Assembly: GCF_006345805.1 (NCBI RefSeq)
Contig: NC_043001.1
Span: 62,806,001 to 62,870,000, forward strand
Direction: 5' to 3'
Origin: Octopus sinensis
Taxonomy: Eukaryota
DNA length: 64,000 nt
Part shown: one piece after another, positions 62,100 through 64,000 of the stretch
How the letters are laid out: each line of letters opens with the position of its first letter
Numbering within the stretch: the first letter of the stretch is position 1
The notes under the pieces: model-generated
The model's database searches: none
Seen by the model: only the letters and a program-made list of their open reading frames with translations
Told to the model about the DNA's origin: nothing
Program-made: the position numbers and the translations under genes

Positions 62100-62400
62100 A
62101 TGGAGAATTCCTTTGGCAGACTCTCATCATCCCATTCATTCTCCACATTTAACAGTCTTTCGTAATGGCTTCTCCAAGCCTCTTTCTTTGCAGAAGCATT
62201 AAACTTACGGGCACCATCATCCATGTAGACATATTTCTCTCCTATGACATCACGATTGTCTCTCACTCACTGTCTTGCAACACGAAACACCTCAAGTCTT
62301 TGACAAATTACTTCTTTTCTGCTTCCCTTTTGGCTATTTGATACAATCTCCTGCTACCCCCACTCTTCCAGGCCTGTTTCTTTGCTCTAATGGCCCTGTC
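62100..62400 (-). pseudogene. Short decayed RTE fragment
   Basis: Reverse complement matches the VIGEKYVYMDDG..AWRSHY..LNVEN region. Confidence 0.65.
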
Positions 62401-63354
62401 TACAGTGTTGTGGCCCTGAATATGCTAATTGATTACCATTTGGTAATTATGATACTACTTCTACAATTGAAGATAATCTTAATAAACAAAGAATTTATGT
62501 ATTATTGTGTTTGATACCTGTCTATTGTCTACGTTGTTCACATAAATGCCAGTACCAGGCAGAGGTGGTTTCCAGCAGTAACAGAACTGTAAGAATAAAT
62601 GGAAATATGTAGGTGAAACAAAGTTAGTAACCACAAGTCACCTTTTACACTCTCAGTGTTGTGATAAGAGTCAAAGTACCCTCTTGTGAGGAATGGACTG
62701 AACTGAGAGAGTATATATGGTTTGTGTGGGTTGGTTTGTTCATTTGGAATATTTATTCTTGGTTCGTGAGAGATAGTTACATTCTTATTGCTACTGCATT
62801 ATCTTATTGTATCGCACTGGTACTGTGTATTGTAGGCCATTATCCCAATAGTGGTGGTACTACTATATTGGATACAAACCACATTATAGCATCTGGCGAC
62901 GAGAGTTTCGAAGCTTACATAGGTTGTATTTCACCTGCAAACCAAGCATTAAATCCTTTCTTACCAGATTGTCAGTCTTATGAAATTCCTTTGCCCATGT
63001 TTTTTCTTCAGCAGTCATCAACATATTCAAGATCGACTGCATCAATCTTACCAGTTTTTAAGGCACAGCTCTTGCCTTTCGTCTGAAAAGGAATGAAAAA
63101 GCCAAGGATATAGCCCCCTTTATCCAGCCAAATTGTTCAAATAAAACAGTGAGAAAAAAAACACCCACTGCTATTCCTGTGAATTAATAAGCTGTATACT
63201 ATATCAAACTGAGCCCACATCATCATCTTTAACATGTCTCACAGCTCAAACATCATCATCATCATTATCATCATGATGAAAACCTTATACTAAATATTTT
63301 ATCCAATCATTTCTCTCCAAAATATGCGGAAAAATACAGAGATTATGATTCTCT

Positions 63355-63700
63355 TTTACTCTTTTACTTGTTTCAGTTATTTAACTGCAGCCATGCTGGA
63401 GCACTGCCTTTAGTTGAGCAAATCTACCCCAGGACTTATTCTATTGGTCTCTTTTGCCGAACCACTAAGTTACAGGGACATAAACACACCAACATTGGTT
63501 GTCAAGCGATGTTGGGGGGGGATAAACACAGACACAAACATATATATACATATATACGACGGGCTTCTTTCAGTTTCCGTCTACCAAATCCACTCACAAG
63601 GCTTTGGTTGGCCTGAGGATATAGAAGACACTTGCCCAAGGTGCCCCGCAGTGGGACTGAACCCAGAACCACGTGGTTGGTAAGCAAGTCCAGCACCTAT
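63355..63700 (-). mobile_element. tRNA-derived SINE (same family as 16318)
   Basis: TTTCAGTTTCCGTCTACCAAATCC, CACTTGCCCAAGGTGCC, GGGACTGAACCC in reverse orientation. Confidence 0.85.
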
Positions 63701-64000
63701 AAAATCTGATAAAAATTCAAAAAAAGTTTTGTAAATTTTTTTTTTCTAAATATGCAGAAAAATATGGACGTTATGATTTGGACAAAAATTTCAAAACATT
63801 TCTGTAGTTAGGGTTAGAGTTATGGTTAGCAATGGGGAAAAAAGTCAAAATTGAAGAATGGGTGGGGGGGAATTTAACAGTGCCGATTTTTGGCAATTTT
63901 CCGAAAACGTGGGCTTTTGGCAAAAAATGAAATTTTTAAATTAACAAATTTGGGAGAAAATGGTGGTGGGGTGGGTGGGCGGAAGTCTTTCCATAATTTC

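Noticed and set aside
62661-63086. 141-aa hydrophobic + strand ORF
   Set aside because: It starts at GTG, has no recognisable domain and no splice context; probably a chance ORF.

Overview
This is a repeat-saturated, AT-rich eukaryotic window. The SINE and RTE families and the (TA)n/(TG)n content look like octopus or cephalopod DNA (inference from recalled families, not a database hit). No host protein-coding gene is confidently supported. Contents: at least 7 RTE-clade LINE copies plus fragments, a degenerate L1/Tx1 LINE, Gypsy LTR remnants, Helitrons, mariner/Tc1 elements, tRNA-derived SINEs and Merlin (IS1016/ISXO2-like) DNA transposons. Four features stand out. (1) 11221-14591 is a 3.37-kb Merlin element that is one near-perfect palindrome carrying two head-to-head transposase genes, bounded by a genuine 8-bp TSD (CCTGACAC) and nested in older inverted repeats. 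(2) Two copies of a short element carry a minimal type I hammerhead ribozyme. (3) The RTE family has a PHD-type finger inserted inside its RT domain. (4) The same RTE family has a variable ~61-bp hairpin-unit array in its 3' UTR. All alignments and folds were done by eye.
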